Assembly: GCA_951406725.2 (NCBI GenBank)
Contig: OX597826.1
Location: 13,702,001 to 13,766,000 of the forward strand
Direction: 5' to 3'
DNA: 64,000 nucleotides
From: Octopus vulgaris
Taxonomy: Eukaryota
Part shown: in pieces, positions 16,057-33,941 of the stretch
Position numbering within the stretch: the stretch's first letter is position 1
Layout of the letters: every line of letters starts with the position of its first letter
Notes under the pieces: model-generated
The model's input: only the letters and a program-made list of their open reading frames with translations
What the model was told of the DNA's origin: nothing
The model's database searches: none
Program-made: the position numbers and the translations under genes

Positions 16057-16725
16057 TGCTATTTTTCTGTATTCCTCTATGTTTATTTGGGATCTATGGA
16101 CAGTCATGCGTTGGCGGAGGCTATTTTTAGTTTGGCCTATATAGTGTTCATTACAGCCCGAGCAAGTTAAGACATATACTAGGTTTTCTGATGCGCATGT
16201 GAAGTTGTGTTTTACTGTGAAACGCTGTCCTTGTTTGAAAAGGAATTCCAGACCTTCTATTAGGTTGATGCATATACCACAGTTGGGTCTATTGCATTTG
16301 TTTACTGTGGGTTTAGTTGTTGTGGTTGGCAGTACTTTGGCATTTGTTAGGATGGTTTTCAATGATTTGGGTTGCCTTTTGCTCTTTATGATTTCGTGTG
16401 TTATGAGGATGGATTTGGTTCATTCTATGGTCCTTTTTTAATATATGAATGTTCTGGAGGATGGTGTCAAAAGCTTCATTGTTGAGGGGGTTGTGTGTAG
16501 AGATGTATGGTAGAGTATGGGGTACCCGTCTCTTACGTCTACAAGAAGTTAAGGACACATTAACAAGCAGGGATTACCCCACGTCACTAATTTACAATGG
16601 GATCCAACGCGCCCTAAAACTCAGCACACAGGAACTTAGACGCCCTAAACCTGTTACATCGAAACCCCATACTCTACCATACATCTCTACACACAACCCC
16701 CTCAACAATGAAGCTTTTGACACCA
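16057..16725 (-). mobile_element. Penelope-like element fragment (RT C-terminus, linker, GIY-YIG) with inverted 5' segment 16523-16725
   Basis: CNRPNCGIC...FTCASENLVYVLTCSGCNEHYIGQTKNSLRQRMTVH on -; upstream LTSRDYPTSLI...LPYISTHNP on +. Confidence 0.85.
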
Positions 16726-16771
16726 GCTTTTGACAACGCTATTTTCGAAAACTCCATACACCACCTACATC

Positions 16772-17040
16772 AACATTCATTCTAAACATTCACGTGACCT
16801 CTCTATTATGACCACATTCACGAGACCTCTTTATTATGACCAATAAGAAATTTTGGGCGCGATACCAGCCAAATTTTAACATCTCTGGAGCCTATTTTCT
16901 TACCCCAACACCAACTTCCATTCAAACATTCACGTGACCCCTTTATAATGACCAATCAAAATTGTATTGACCATTGTCCACAAGAAATTTTAGGCGCGAA
17001 ACCAAGCAAATCTTAAACAACTCTGGAGACTCTTTTTTCA
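16772..17040 (+). repeat. Imperfect ~140 bp direct repeat with internal cattcacgtgacc...atgacca subrepeats
   Basis: aaacattcacgtgacc and aagaaatttt(g/a)ggcgcga occur in both halves. Confidence 0.75.
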
Positions 17041-17426
17041 CATATAAGAGACAGCAAACCCAACATAAAGTCAGATAAGAGAAAAAAATCAATCAGAAAG
17101 GAACTCTATCTCACTCAAAATATCTTTTGATAAGCATAACAAATACGCAACCGGTAAACTCTTACTTTTTTTATTCTACACTGAAATCTGACATTGAACT
17201 TTTCCGCAAAAAACTGTATATTACACGCTTTTACTAAATATCTTATTCTGAAACAGAACACTGTAAAAGACTCTTACTTTTTTTCTTATACACTGAAATC
17301 ATTCACAAAAAATGAACATTGTATTCTAACCCAATTTTTCTCTTTTTTTGTTTAAAAAAAGAACTTTCACCTAATTAAATACACTCTCCCTTACTTAAAT
17401 TATTTTGTCAGCATTTTCTTCATTTC

Positions 17427-17467
<41 letters not shown>

Positions 17468-17529
17468 TAAATATCAAAACAGAAATACTACAGCCCGTTC
17501 AAGATAATTTATCGATTCTATTCAGAACT

Positions 17530-17690
17530 GGGGTAACTTTTCAAAATTTTCGCTGCGTTAGTTTTGAATTATGACATTGGGCTATGTGTGTGTCAAGTTT
17601 CATCAGAATCGGTTGAAAGCCGTGGTCAAGGTGAGGGTACAACCTGACAGACACACAGACAGACAAACTGCCGTTTATATATAGAGAAAT
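17530..17690. mobile_element. Helitron/Helentron-like non-autonomous terminus
   Basis: caagtttcatcagaatcgg...(acag)n...tttatatatagag arrangement; pattern recognition only. Confidence 0.4.
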
Positions 17691-17781
17691 ATATTTCCTT
17701 ATCTGTATCTTTGAATACATCTCAACGCTTCTAAAGCAAACTTTGTTTCTTGACTTACAACGTAAGTTGAATTTATCGTTA

Positions 17782-17855
17782 GGGCAGTTTAGCTTAATGG
17801 TAAAGTACTTGACGCGTAATCACACGGATGTGAGTTCGAGTCTCCTGGCTGGCCG
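17782..17855 (+). pseudogene. tRNA-like sequence (Thr-CGT-like pseudogene or isolated SINE head)
   Basis: A-box TAGCTTAATGG, B-box GAGTTCGAGTC, loop CGCGTAA; acceptor and anticodon stems have mismatches. Confidence 0.55.
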
Positions 17856-17960
17856 CCGACAAATTTTTCTGCAAAATATTGATAGTTTACCCTGTTCGTG
17901 CTATATTATTAGCATTATCATGCGTTTGAGAATAAAATTATTTCCTTACCTGTATATATA

Positions 17961-18129
17961 GGGGCAGGAGTGGGTGCGTGGTAAGTAGCTTGCTTACCAA
18001 CCACATGGTTCCGGGTCAGTCCCACTGCGTGGCATCTTGGGCAAGTGTCTTCTGCTATAGCCCCGGCCGACCAATGCCTTGTGAGTGGATTTGGTTGACG
18101 GAAACTTAAAGAAGCCTGTCGTATATATG

Positions 18130-18164
<35 letters not shown>

Positions 18165-18381
18165 TTGTGTGTCTATGTTTGTCCCCCTAGCATTGCTTGA
18201 TAACCGATGCTGGTGTGTTTACGTCCCCGTCACTTAGCGGTTCGGCAAAAGATACCGAGAGACTAAGTACTGGGCTTACAAAGAATAAGCCCCTGGGTCG
18301 ATTTGCTCGACTAAAGGCGGTGCTCCAGCATGGGCACAGTCAAATGACTGAAACAAGTAAAAGAGTAAAGAGTAAAGAGTA
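17961..18381 (+). mobile_element. Full-length octopus-type tRNA-derived SINE with internal (TA)/(TG) microsatellite
   Basis: Head gcaggagtgggtgcgtggtaagtagcttgcttacc, tail gactgaaacaagtaaaagagtaaagag. Confidence 0.88.
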
Positions 18382-18943
18382 TATGTGAAAGTGTTTGTGC
18401 ATGAGTGCCAAAGAGAAGCGGCTACAGAGCAGAATCAACGGTCATAGATCATAGCACTTCGAGTTTTAATTAAAGGCTGTCACGCAATACTACATTGTAC
18501 GTCCGGTTATATAATATTGAACGACTATCTTCAAAGGATAATAAATGTATTAATCCAATGACTTTCTTTTTAAACAAAATATCATCAATACCTGCCACAG
18601 AATTTTAATATCAGGGTGTGTTTAACAGTTAGGCTTATTATGTTTCAGCCAAGCACAAGGCCATTTGCTTACAAATGTGTTATCGTGCCACCGATACGGG
18701 ATGTTCAAACTTTATTGAACCAAGAGGTTAATATGGATAAAATCGATGCCATCGGTTTTGAAGACGAAACGTAAACATATGGATCCATGTAGTGATGTGT
18801 CGTTTGTTGCTGCACGCTACTCTTGACGATTATGGTTGACAGAACAATACTAAGAAGATAAGTGTATTGTCAGCATTGCTAAACGAGATTTAGCTTCAAT
18901 TTATTATAACACACCCGCACACGCAAACAAGCACACACACATG

Positions 18944-18992
<49 letters not shown>

Positions 18993-19002
18993 GTACATAC
19001 AT

Positions 19003-19130
19003 ATATATAAAACTGAGAATGTGTGTCTGTCTGTCTGTGTGTTTCCCTAAAACTTGAGATCTCCACAACCAATATCATTCAAATTTTACACAAATTTTAC
19101 ACAATATCATTCAAATTTTACACAAAATTG
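19003..19130 (+). mobile_element. Possible Helitron 5' end
   Basis: tatatataaaactgagaatgtgtgtctgtctgtc...ttcaaattttacaca layout; pattern recognition only. Confidence 0.35.
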
Positions 19131-19840
19131 AATTATGTCCCTGTTTGGGGAAATTGACAATATTTTCACCATTTACACGGAAGCATTTTTGTTAAAATGT
19201 CTTCCATAGAAGAAAGTCCAAAAATGAATTTCGCTGCAGCCGTCGGCGGGCGGCAAGCTTATTAAAATTAAAATGGAAGAAATACAAACCTAGTTCAGAT
19301 TGATCACCGACAAACACTGTGAATTTAGCATAACACCACCAAACGAAATAAAAAATAAAATTAAAGAAAAGACTATTGTCTATAAAGTATACAATGTAGA
19401 GAAAAAAAAAGAAATGAACACGTTCAGGAAAGCACCATTGAAAAGTATCTTGGTGCGACTATGAAAGATATCAAGTATCTAACCAGAGGCGGTAAATTCG
19501 CCACAATAGAAGCAAAGTTCGAGTCAACGGAGCGTGCAAGGGGGTACTCGACTCGAACCTTGCAAAGTGGAAATATTTTATTTTTACCTTTATATCGGGG
19601 ACGTAGGACGTCCCGCATAAAAATTTAAAATGTCCCCCCAGAAGTAGAGGTAGGCTGCATTGTAGCCACACTCCTATACAAGAGGGAGGACAAGATACAA
19701 TTGATCGAAATTGCAAGAGACGGGCCTACAATTCCAGTCTGTTATATATATTGAGTATTGTTTTCACTAGCGATATCAAGATATAACTTTGTATTTTTAT
19801 CTTATGTCTAGATGTATATATATAGATGTACATGTAATAT

Positions 19841-19908
<68 letters not shown>

Positions 19909-20115
19909 GCTAGTATATATACAGGGAGAATTCACGAAAAACCAAAAGACGAAGACAGGTGGTGTAGACAAAAAACAGATGCATTGATATAACGCTCGGA
20001 AGTGAAAGAGTTTTTAACGTTTCGAGCCAACGCTCTTCCACTGAAAGGAACACAGAAAGAAACAAAGAGAGAAAATAAAGAATGTGTAATGGTGGTTAGC
20101 AATCTATCATGGCGA

Positions 20116-20177
<62 letters not shown>

Positions 20178-20382
20178 CAATAGGTGAATGAATTATCCTA
20201 TGTTTATCGTCAGCATGGAAAATTCGTTGAACCGATACCAGGGTAGCAAATTCACGTCAGAAACACGGTTGAAGCGACCTGTAGAAGGGTAGAAACTCCG
20301 GGTTCATTTGCAGAAATTTGTGTGTTATATATGAATAAATGAAAGAATGGAGTCGAACGAAGATATTGACAAAATTCCTTTA

Positions 20383-20463
20383 CTCTCGACATATGTTTCG
20401 AAGACAACATAGTTTCATTCCAAAGGAATAAAGGGTGTAAGATGCAATCTTCTAATCAGGAAG
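20383..20463 (-). ncRNA. Minimal type I hammerhead-like motif (Penelope type), one core mismatch
   Basis: Minus strand ttc CTGATTA GAAGAT..GTCTTC GAA ACATATGT C gag: stem II, palindromic stem III, GUC site; G8 is replaced by U. Confidence 0.55.
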
Positions 20464-20569
20464 GAAAGGGAGCCTCTCTCAGCAACAAAACAAACAAAAA
20501 ATATCGATGACCGCCTACATGGTAAACAAAACGACAATAAGTGTTTTTTATATACATATATATATATAC

Positions 20570-20628
<59 letters not shown>

Positions 20629-20654
20629 CATACATATGTGTGTGTGTGTGTGTG

Positions 20655-21030
20655 TAGGTGCTGGTTGGCTTTGTGGTAAGAAGTCTGCTTTCCAGCCACG
20701 TTACTCGGTCACTACCTGACAATTTAGGCAAGTCTCATCTACTATAGCTTCAGGTTGACGAAAGCTTTATGAGTACATTTGGTCGAGCGAAATTGAATGA
20801 AGCCTGTCGTATATATATATGTGTGTGTATGTGTGTGTCTGTCTGTCTGTCTGTATGTGAGACAGAGACAGAGAGAGACTTTGTGTTGGTATGCAACAGC
20901 AATAAAAGAGACCGATAGAATATGTACCAGGCTTAAGAAGACGTACCTAGGTCGATTCATTCGACTAAAAGATTTAGAAGCGCTGCCCCAGCTTGGACGA
21001 AGTCTAATACAACAGAAACAAGTAAAATAG
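20655..21030 (+). mobile_element. Diverged octopus-type SINE
   Basis: ctttgtggtaagaagtctgc...gaagcctgtcgtatat...gagaccgatagaat...gaaacaagtaaaa. Confidence 0.75.
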
Positions 21031-21083
21031 GTTACATATTTTTATAAATATGTGTTTGTGTGCGCGCGCGCGCGTGTGTGTGT

Positions 21084-21370
21084 TTGATTAATGAGAGAGA
21101 CGGAACATGTTAGATACAAGAATGTTCATTGATCACCACAATTGTTTCGACCTATCTAGCATCGATTCCTCACGGGTGTGAAACTGAACATCTGGTTTCG
21201 GGTGTATCCGTCGGTGTAGTTGTATCTCCTCGGGTGACAAGATTTATTTCGATAAAATAACGCCTGTTCAGTATTCTACCCGTGAGGAATCGATGTTTGA
21301 TGGGTCAAAACAATTGTAGGGATCAACAAACGTTCTCGTATCTTCCATCTACCTTCTCTCTCATTAATCA
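21084..21370. repeat. Imperfect palindrome (~105 bp arms, ~75 bp loop)
   Basis: tgattaatgagagaga...catcgattcctcacgggt...ctgaaca versus tgttcag...acccgtgaggaatcgatg...tctctctcattaatca. Confidence 0.85.
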
Positions 21371-21921
21371 TATATGTATCAGGTTGAGGAAAGAGTAAAC
21401 GACATTTCGGAGAAAGAAGAATTTCTACCGGATTTTTGTAGAGTTTTGAAAATGTTTTAAAACACCTCTTTGCAATTGTCTCATAATACAGACATAGACT
21501 TATCCAAATGCATCAATAAATTAACATTGATTTTTTTTTCACCGTTGTTACAATCTTCTGAAATGGAACTATCAAAGCACATTATTCTTTCTATACCCAG
21601 TACATATTCTATCGGACTCTATTGCCGAACCACTAGGTTGCGGGGACGTAAACACACCAACATTGGTTATCAAGCGATCGTGGGGGAGGGGCAAAAATGA
21701 CATACACACACACGCATATATATCTATCTACGACGGGTGTCTTTCAGTTTCTGTCTACTATATATATATATATATATATAATATAAAATAAATATAAGAG
21801 AGTGGTCACTATATGGCTCACTCTAGCACCAGTTAATCCAAAAGGTTTCAACTAGGCCACTTGGTGTAGAATAGATATACTATTAAATTAGTATCTAATT
21901 CTCTCACCCTTATTAATTAAT

Positions 21922-21953
<32 letters not shown>

Positions 21954-21979
21954 GACACACATATATATATATATACATA

Positions 21980-22074
<95 letters not shown>

Positions 22075-22099
22075 ATATATCTACACACATGTTTATCAA

Positions 22100-23320
22100 A
22101 TTTTGTTGCAAGACTCCTGATGGGAAAGCGTGTGATGAAACAGATATTGCTGTAATTCAGGATGGTCATTTCTTTGTTTTTACCAAATATATATTTGTTC
22201 TTCACACGTTTATTACTGTTCTTATTCCAACTCAAGTCAATTTTCCTGAAATCTTTCGTCACACATCTGTGACCTCTTCAGCAACAATTTTCGTCTTCGT
22301 GTGCGCTCTTGCTCCACTTGTTTTATTCTGCTCTTCTATGATGTGTATGTATCCTTATGTGTGGATGCGTTTACGTCCGTCCGTGTGTGTGCATGCGCAT
22401 GTGTGTGTGCTTGTGTGTGTTTTTGTTCTTAGCAGCAGTATGACCTTTCCCGTCAGCCTTTCCGAAAATTTGGTACAGTTCATGTATTCCTCTGTGTTTC
22501 TGTGTTCGCCCACGGTATTGCCATCGTGATAGTTGTTGTTAATGCTGTTGTTGTCACGGCCGCTGCTGCTGTCATTGTTAATCGTGTTGTTGATACTGTT
22601 GCGACAGTCTGTGAAGTTATTGTGTGTGTTTGTATGCGTATATGGGTTCGCTTCTCATTTTGTTTGTATCCATGCTCTTTATATAGATTTTTTTTTTATC
22701 TATCTCTATGCCTTATATTTATCGCAGGTATGGGACAAATATATTTATTTATTATTTATTCATCTTATCTCTATTTTTTTATATATATTACAGGTATGTG
22801 CATATATGTCTATTGTGTGTGTATGTGAATTACCCTATCTGTATCTGTGTTTTATTATTTTCTTTCCTCTCTCTTCTCCTCCCTTCTGTCTTTAGTCATG
22901 TGGTGTGGTGTTGGGTGTTATTGTTCCATTCGTGCTTTCTATTGAGGATCGATCTGTCTACTGCTATGTGTGTAACCTCTCTGATCTAAGTGTTGTGTCA
23001 GCTCTATGCGTCGATGATACTTTGCCTCAATGCTATTAACGGAGCCTCCATGTTCTGCTTGAGCATATTTGTAGAGCACTGGCGAGCCTTTCTCTTCTTT
23101 CAGCTCTCGCCAGTGCCCACCTATTCGCTCCCCTATGCTACGTTCAGTCTCTCCAATATATATAGTTGTCATGTCTCTGCACCGTCCCTCAGTACATGGT
23201 AAACTATACTTTATATTCCTAAATTTACAATTAATCCGTAGGTGGATCCTACATACACCACAATTGTTCTCAGTACATGGGGACTCATCAAAAGAATAGG
23301 TTCTACAGATCAGGGATTTT
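22100..23320 (-). mobile_element. Penelope-like element 3' remnant (GIY-YIG plus downstream region with hammerhead-like motif)
   Basis: IYIGETERSIGERIGGH in ORF 22939-23172; CTGAAGA..GAAA motif at 22245-22285. Confidence 0.65.
22245..22285 (-). ncRNA. Minimal hammerhead-like motif with intact core
   Basis: CTGAAGA g GTCACA gatg TGTGAC GAA AGATTT C: perfect 6-bp stem II, self-complementary stem III (with G-U pairs), weak stem I. Confidence 0.5.
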
Positions 23321-23453
23321 ATAGGAGTACCAGCTCTTTCTACTACTTTAATCCGTAGAGTAGCTATACTTTATGTTTTAAAGAGACACGCCATCATCCG
23401 TATGTCCCTGTCTTTCTCAATCTCTCTCTCATTCACTCGCCCTCTCTCTCACT

Positions 23454-23484
<31 letters not shown>

Positions 23485-24554
23485 AACAAACCCTTTACCG
23501 CTTTTTGCTTCACAATCACAAATACAATGAGATTTGAACCGGAGTGTTGCCATTTAAATGCTAATGTGCAATGATAATAACGACTAACCTAAGGGACAGG
23601 ATTCTGATGAGTTTAAGGATGAGCTTCCATTTTTCAGTACTTTTAATCCCTGGATTTTAATCCGTTGTTCCAATTCACTCAGCTGCAGAAATTAGTTGCG
23701 ACGTCACAGGTGCCAAGCTATATCGGCCGCTTTGCCTTTCCCTTGGAAAACACCGGTGGCGTTAAGAAGGGGGCTGGTAGGCATGGGCGACTGCTGGTCT
23801 TCAATAAACAACCTTGCCCGGACTTGTGCCTGGGAGGGTAACTTTCCAGTTGCAGTCCCATGGTCAGTCATGACCGAAGGGGGTCTCAGACTGACGACAG
23901 AACCTGATGTGTATTAATCAATTTGCCTATAAAGATATAACCTTTTTTAAACTATTCTAATTGAAGTCAGGTTGTTTGTTCAAATATTTTGAACATAAGA
24001 CAGCTGGTAAACCCATACACAAGGACATATCCATCCACACTGAAATACAGCATACACAAATACTGAGACGCTTTGATGTACACAGATTTGCGTTTCAATA
24101 ATACATATTTATTTCCGATTTCCTGCTTACAAAAACAATGCAGTAGCAAAAATGTAAACACAAATAACAAATATCTACACCTGTGCATTAGAGCGCAAAT
24201 CGATTCCCTTCTTTATTCTTCTGCAATATGCACATCTTCTTCAATTGATATTGATATATTTTATTTACATATACACGCTCAGGCACGTATGTAGGTTTGC
24301 AAAAAATATATACACACGCATGCACACATATGTATGTGCACATATATAAATACATATTCATACACAACGCACGCACTCACTCACTTGCACACATGTATGT
24401 ATGTATATGTATGAATATGTGTTTGCGTGAATATATATATATATAGTTGCTGTTCCTTCTCCTCATACGAATAGCGTCTTGTTTTCACCAACAAATGAAC
24501 ATAGAATAGATATCCATCAACCATAACGCTGCTTTCTTGTTTTCTCCGATCATC

Positions 24555-24857
24555 ATGAATACAGCACTTTTGATGTTTCTACTCTTACTGTTATATTATA
24601 ACGGCTTATTAGTTTACTCAAAAGATGACACCAAATGTGACGGGATTTATCGTAAAGGGCGTGTAGGAAATGGTAGATTTGCGACTTTACATAGCTCCAA
24701 CATTACAGAATGTGCCAAGCTTTGTTTTTATAGACAATTATGTGGAAGCTTCTCTTACAATTCAAAGGAAAAAAAGTGTATTCTTCACAATCATTGGACA
24801 ACAGATTTTGAAAACAATGCCAACTATGTATTTAGTTCAATTAAGACATGGAATCCG
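24555..24857 (+). CDS. Exon 1 of putative secreted PAN-EGF-sushi protein: signal peptide + PAN/apple domain
   Basis: ATG at 24555; hydrophobic leader; ECAKLCFYRQLCGSFSYNSKEKKCILH; phase-0 donor CCG|GTGAGA. Confidence 0.85.
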
Positions 24858-24974
24858 GTGAGAAAAAATACTTTATTTGCGTTTTGTCTGTTTTGTTTTT
24901 TAATTTTAGTAATGCTACATTAAAAATCTGCAAATATTTCTATAGCACATCTATTACTATTATTATTTTTTTTT

Positions 24975-29191
<4,217 letters not shown>

Positions 29192-29221
29192 TTGTTATTA
29201 TCATTGTTGTTGTTGTTGTTG

Positions 29222-30219
<998 letters not shown>

Positions 30220-30870
30220 GTAGATGCGCTGGCAGAATCGTTAGCACGCTGGATGAAATGCTTAGCGGTATTTCGCCCGTCACTACGTTTTCAGTTCAAA
30301 TTTCACCCAATTTGACTTCGCCTTTCGTCCTCTCTGGGTCAATAAATTAAGTATGGGTACGTTCTATATAATTGATATCTCATCTACTACGCAGCTGCTG
30401 CTAATGTTACTATTAATTGTATCGTTGTTACCACTGTCGTTATTGCTTCTCGTTAAGGTGTTGTTGTTGTGGGTGGTGGTAATATGCGATTGAAATAAAC
30501 TAGCTTGCTTACCAACCACATGGTTCCGGGTTCAGTCCCACTGCGTGGAACTTTGGGCAAGTGTATTCTACTATAGACTCGGGCCGAGCAATTTGGTAAA
30601 TGGAAACTGAAAGAAGCCCGTCGTATATATGTGTATATATATGTATGTGTGTGTATATGTTTGTGTGTTTGTGTTTGTCCACCTCCCCCCCAATATCACT
30701 TGACAACCCATGCTGCTGTGTTTGCGTCCCCTTAACTTAGCGGTTCGGCAAAAGGGATCGGTAGGATAAATATTAGGCTTACAAAGAATAAGACTTGGGG
30801 TCGATTTGCTCGACTAAAGGCGGTGCTCCAGCATGGTCACAGTCACATGTAAAAGAGTAAGAGAGTAAAA
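30220..30870 (+). mobile_element. Two SINEs (30220-30360 second family; 30500-30870 main family)
   Basis: Family motifs as above; mirrors 330-865. Confidence 0.8.
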
Positions 30871-30879
30871 GAAAATATT

Positions 30880-31350
30880 GGAATAAAAAATTATAAAATA
30901 CATATGGCTTAAAAGGGGACAGTTAGTTCAAGGAAACTGGGTACCTTGAAAATCCCTAAATGCCTTTCGAAACTGAAACTTAGGAAATAACGCGCAAAAA
31001 CTGAGACTGAACTTATCAGGCCCCAACATGCTCCCTGTTTTCATTTACCTTTCAATAAATTTACTGAAGAGAAGAGCTTCCGTCTCCGTTCCGAAGTGGT
31101 ATTTAACAAAGCTTATCAGAGCTTGGACGAACAGCACAATGTCTGACATCAATTGTCTTAGTCCTACCCTTCATAAAATCTCTTTCTCTATGCCACGATA
31201 ACGCCTTAGTTACGTAATTCTGCTCGTCAACAATGCTCAGATATTCAGACATTGAACAACTGCATACAAAACAGTTTCATATCTCTCAGTACATTCCGTT
31301 AGCCCTGGCTCATCATATTGCCGTACCTCAAAAGTTTATCTTGAACTGGT
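30880..31350 (-). mobile_element. Degenerate L1/Tx1-like LINE 3' remnant (mirrored in part at 1-320)
   Basis: Minus strand CTERYETVLYAVVQC resembles the zinc knuckle CSIC..KTVLCAFVQC at 41940-41995. Confidence 0.45.
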
Positions 31351-31728
31351 AATTTCTTCCCTGCTGCTGAGCTGCCAATTGGTTAATCTACGTATTGACT
31401 ATATCGGGAATAAATGTGGTTTCGGTGTATGTAGGTATGTAATATAGGCTGCTGCATATAGAACTGTACAGATTTGTGCACCTCTGACTATTATTAAACA
31501 AAAAGCACCAACTTAATTGTAAACACCTTTGCTAAAAATCTTTAACGCTTTAGAACAGCTATGGACTTAAAATCGCCGCGCCTATTCTTCTTGTTTCGGT
31601 TTTTCCTTAGCAGTCACCATTTCGTGGCTCACACAACTAGGAATGCTTCTGGTTTGCTACCAATTACAGTCAAGATCTGCTACGATAGAAGCGAGTTAGT
31701 CAGGTAAGCAACGCTAACCCTTGTAGCA

Positions 31729-32577
31729 TACGAGCCAGTATCAAAAGCTTCTGTAGTACACTAATAGATGGCAGCACACGGTTTCGTGCGCAGTGAGACC
31801 CAAGAATGACCTTCACAAGGCAGTGTGCCTAGGAACATCGCTTTGCTAGTTGTTAAGTTTGTGTTTTGTGCTCACGTGTATACTGTAGTCAGCGATTTTT
31901 GTCATGGACAGCAAGTTGGAAGGAAGAGCCAAAGTGAAATTTGCGTTAAGCTTGGGGAGTCGAGTACAAAGACATTGAGCATGCTTCGGCGAGCTTACGG
32001 CGATGAGGCAATTGGTAGTACGCAATGCTTCAACTTGCTCGGACGCTTCAAAAGACATAGCTGCAGCTGAATCAAGAGCACGCTCATCGTTCTTTTCGAT
32101 AACCGTGGTGTTGTGCATAGAGAGTTCGTCCTCCAGAAACAGACCGTCATTCAAGAGTTCTACTGCGATATTTTCAAGGATGTGATGGAGGGCATTCGGT
32201 GAAAGTGAGCAGATCTTTGAAGTGCGAAAAATTGGATTCTTCACAACGACAACGCACCTTGTTACCGAGCTCTCCTTACCCGTGAGTTTCTCGCAAAAAT
32301 CAACGCGGTATCGCCTTCGAATCTGCCCTATTACCCAGACTTAGCATCAGAAAACTTCCATCTCTTCTCCAAGATGAGAATGCAACTCAAATGTCGCAGT
32401 TTGAACCCCGTCGTTGAGATCAAGAGCGAATCGCGGAACGACTTCGACTCGCTTACGGTAAACGTCTTCCAGGCGGGATTCCAAAAGTAGCAGGAACGCT
32501 GATTTTAAGACCTAGGTGAATAAGTTATTTTTTATCAGACGTAACTATTCCGTAGACCTCTTTGATACCACCTCGTA
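31729..32577 (+). mobile_element. Degenerate mariner element with TIRs and TA ends
   Basis: TAcgagccagtatcaaaag ... ctttgataccacctcgTA; remnants CVKLGESSTKTLSMLRRAYGDEA, LHNDNAP, PYYPDLA (YSPDLAP-like). Confidence 0.85.
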
Positions 32578-32991
32578 GAACTTGCGTTATAGGACATCCT
32601 TGACGGGCTGAGCGTGTGGTTCAAAATTCCTTTTTGTTCGTTTGGCAGCACTCCAGCATGTTTCAGTTATGTTTTAAATTCACATCTATGGAATGTGTGC
32701 AGTGGGGTAGGGACTATATTCCATGGACCAAGCAAAATATATGAATATAGAGATCTATTATAAATCTCTTTTATATTTTTTTAAACTGCTGCATTCATTT
32801 CTTCGACAGGGTTTCGCGTAACTCTTTGGTTGGTAATAACTTTTTTCTATAAATCATTTACAGAAAGCTTCTCAACTGTTTTCTTTCTTTGATGAATCAA
32901 CTATTGCGAGGCTTTGAACAAAGCTTCGAATAGATGATGCTTTATCCCTCTTGTAAAAAAAAAAGAATGTTATTCTTGTCTCCAATATCAG

Positions 32992-33079
32992 CGAATTGCT
33001 GGAAGCTGCTTCAATCATTCATGTAAGGATTGGGAAATGTGTTTACCTGGAATCAATACCTACTACTGCTTAGAATTGG
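32992..33079 (+). CDS. Exon 2: 4-Cys EGF-like module (phase 0 to 1)
   Basis: atatcag|RIAGSCFNHSCKDWEMCLPGINTYYCLEL g|gtaagt; 88 nt; bridges the phases of exons 1 and 3. Confidence 0.8.
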
Positions 33080-33782
33080 GTAAGTTACATTTTGTATGTT
33101 AATGTTGATGTAAAAATATTTCGTCTTATATTCTCGTTATGTAGAAAATCCTTTTTGCTTAACCTTTTAGCTTTCGCAGTACTCTGTCCAAAGTAACATT
33201 GTCTTGAATTAATCCTGCATTATCTTGTGGCTTTAAGACCTCAGTCATGTGATAATTTATTTTTACTATAACATTGTAAAGTAAATGTGAGATTTTGGAT
33301 CTGGTCCCTTTCATAACAAAAGAGGCAGAATATTTTGGCCGCATATAGCCTTTTTAAATGCTGAAGGGCGAAATCATTATTCTGTGAAGGAAGTAAAAGC
33401 CCTATCAGATTATTGGCGTGGAAGTTAGAGATTTCTAGGTAAAGATAATATATTTAATGTACAACTTTGCTTAATATTGTGTAGTTAATGCAAAACATTA
33501 AAATTTGCTAAAGCGTGTGTTCAGAATTCCAGGGAATACTAATTTGAGTAATGTGGATTTTACTAATTCGTTTAATATGAGATATAGTTCATGCTGTATC
33601 TTAAAACATAGTCTGATAATCTTGTCTACTCATAGATTTAAAGATAGGTTAAATCGTTGTGAGGGAATGAAGTTCAATTCAACCGTGTAGTTCTTGATAC
33701 TATTGTACTGCTCAGCAGTGCTATGCTATTAATATTTGACAAATACGTTTCTTCTCTTTTTTACATCTAATAAATATCATAG

Positions 33783-33941
33783 ACAGAGACTGTGGTCTAC
33801 CACTCCAGATGAACTCCGCGGTGATCGCTTGGGGCAATAATTGGTCTGTGAGATATAAGTGTTTGGTGAATATGATTGGAGAAGACGCTCGAAAATCAAA
33901 GTGTCAGCACAGCTCAGTTTGGTCGAAACCAGAAGCATGTC
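33783..33941 (+). CDS. Exon 3: sushi/CCP domain (phase 1-1)
   Basis: tcatag|(D)RDCGLPLQMNSAVIAWGNNWSVRYKCLVNMIGEDARKSKCQHSSVWSKPEAC c|gtaagt; 159 nt; C-x2-P, YxC, C-x5-WS, terminal C. Confidence 0.85.

Noticed and set aside
17782-17855. Functional tRNA-Thr
   Set aside because: Mismatched acceptor and anticodon stems; kept only as tRNA-like.
23600-23635. CTGATGA hammerhead core (mirror at ~15320-15345)
   Set aside because: No GAAA box after the putative stem II.
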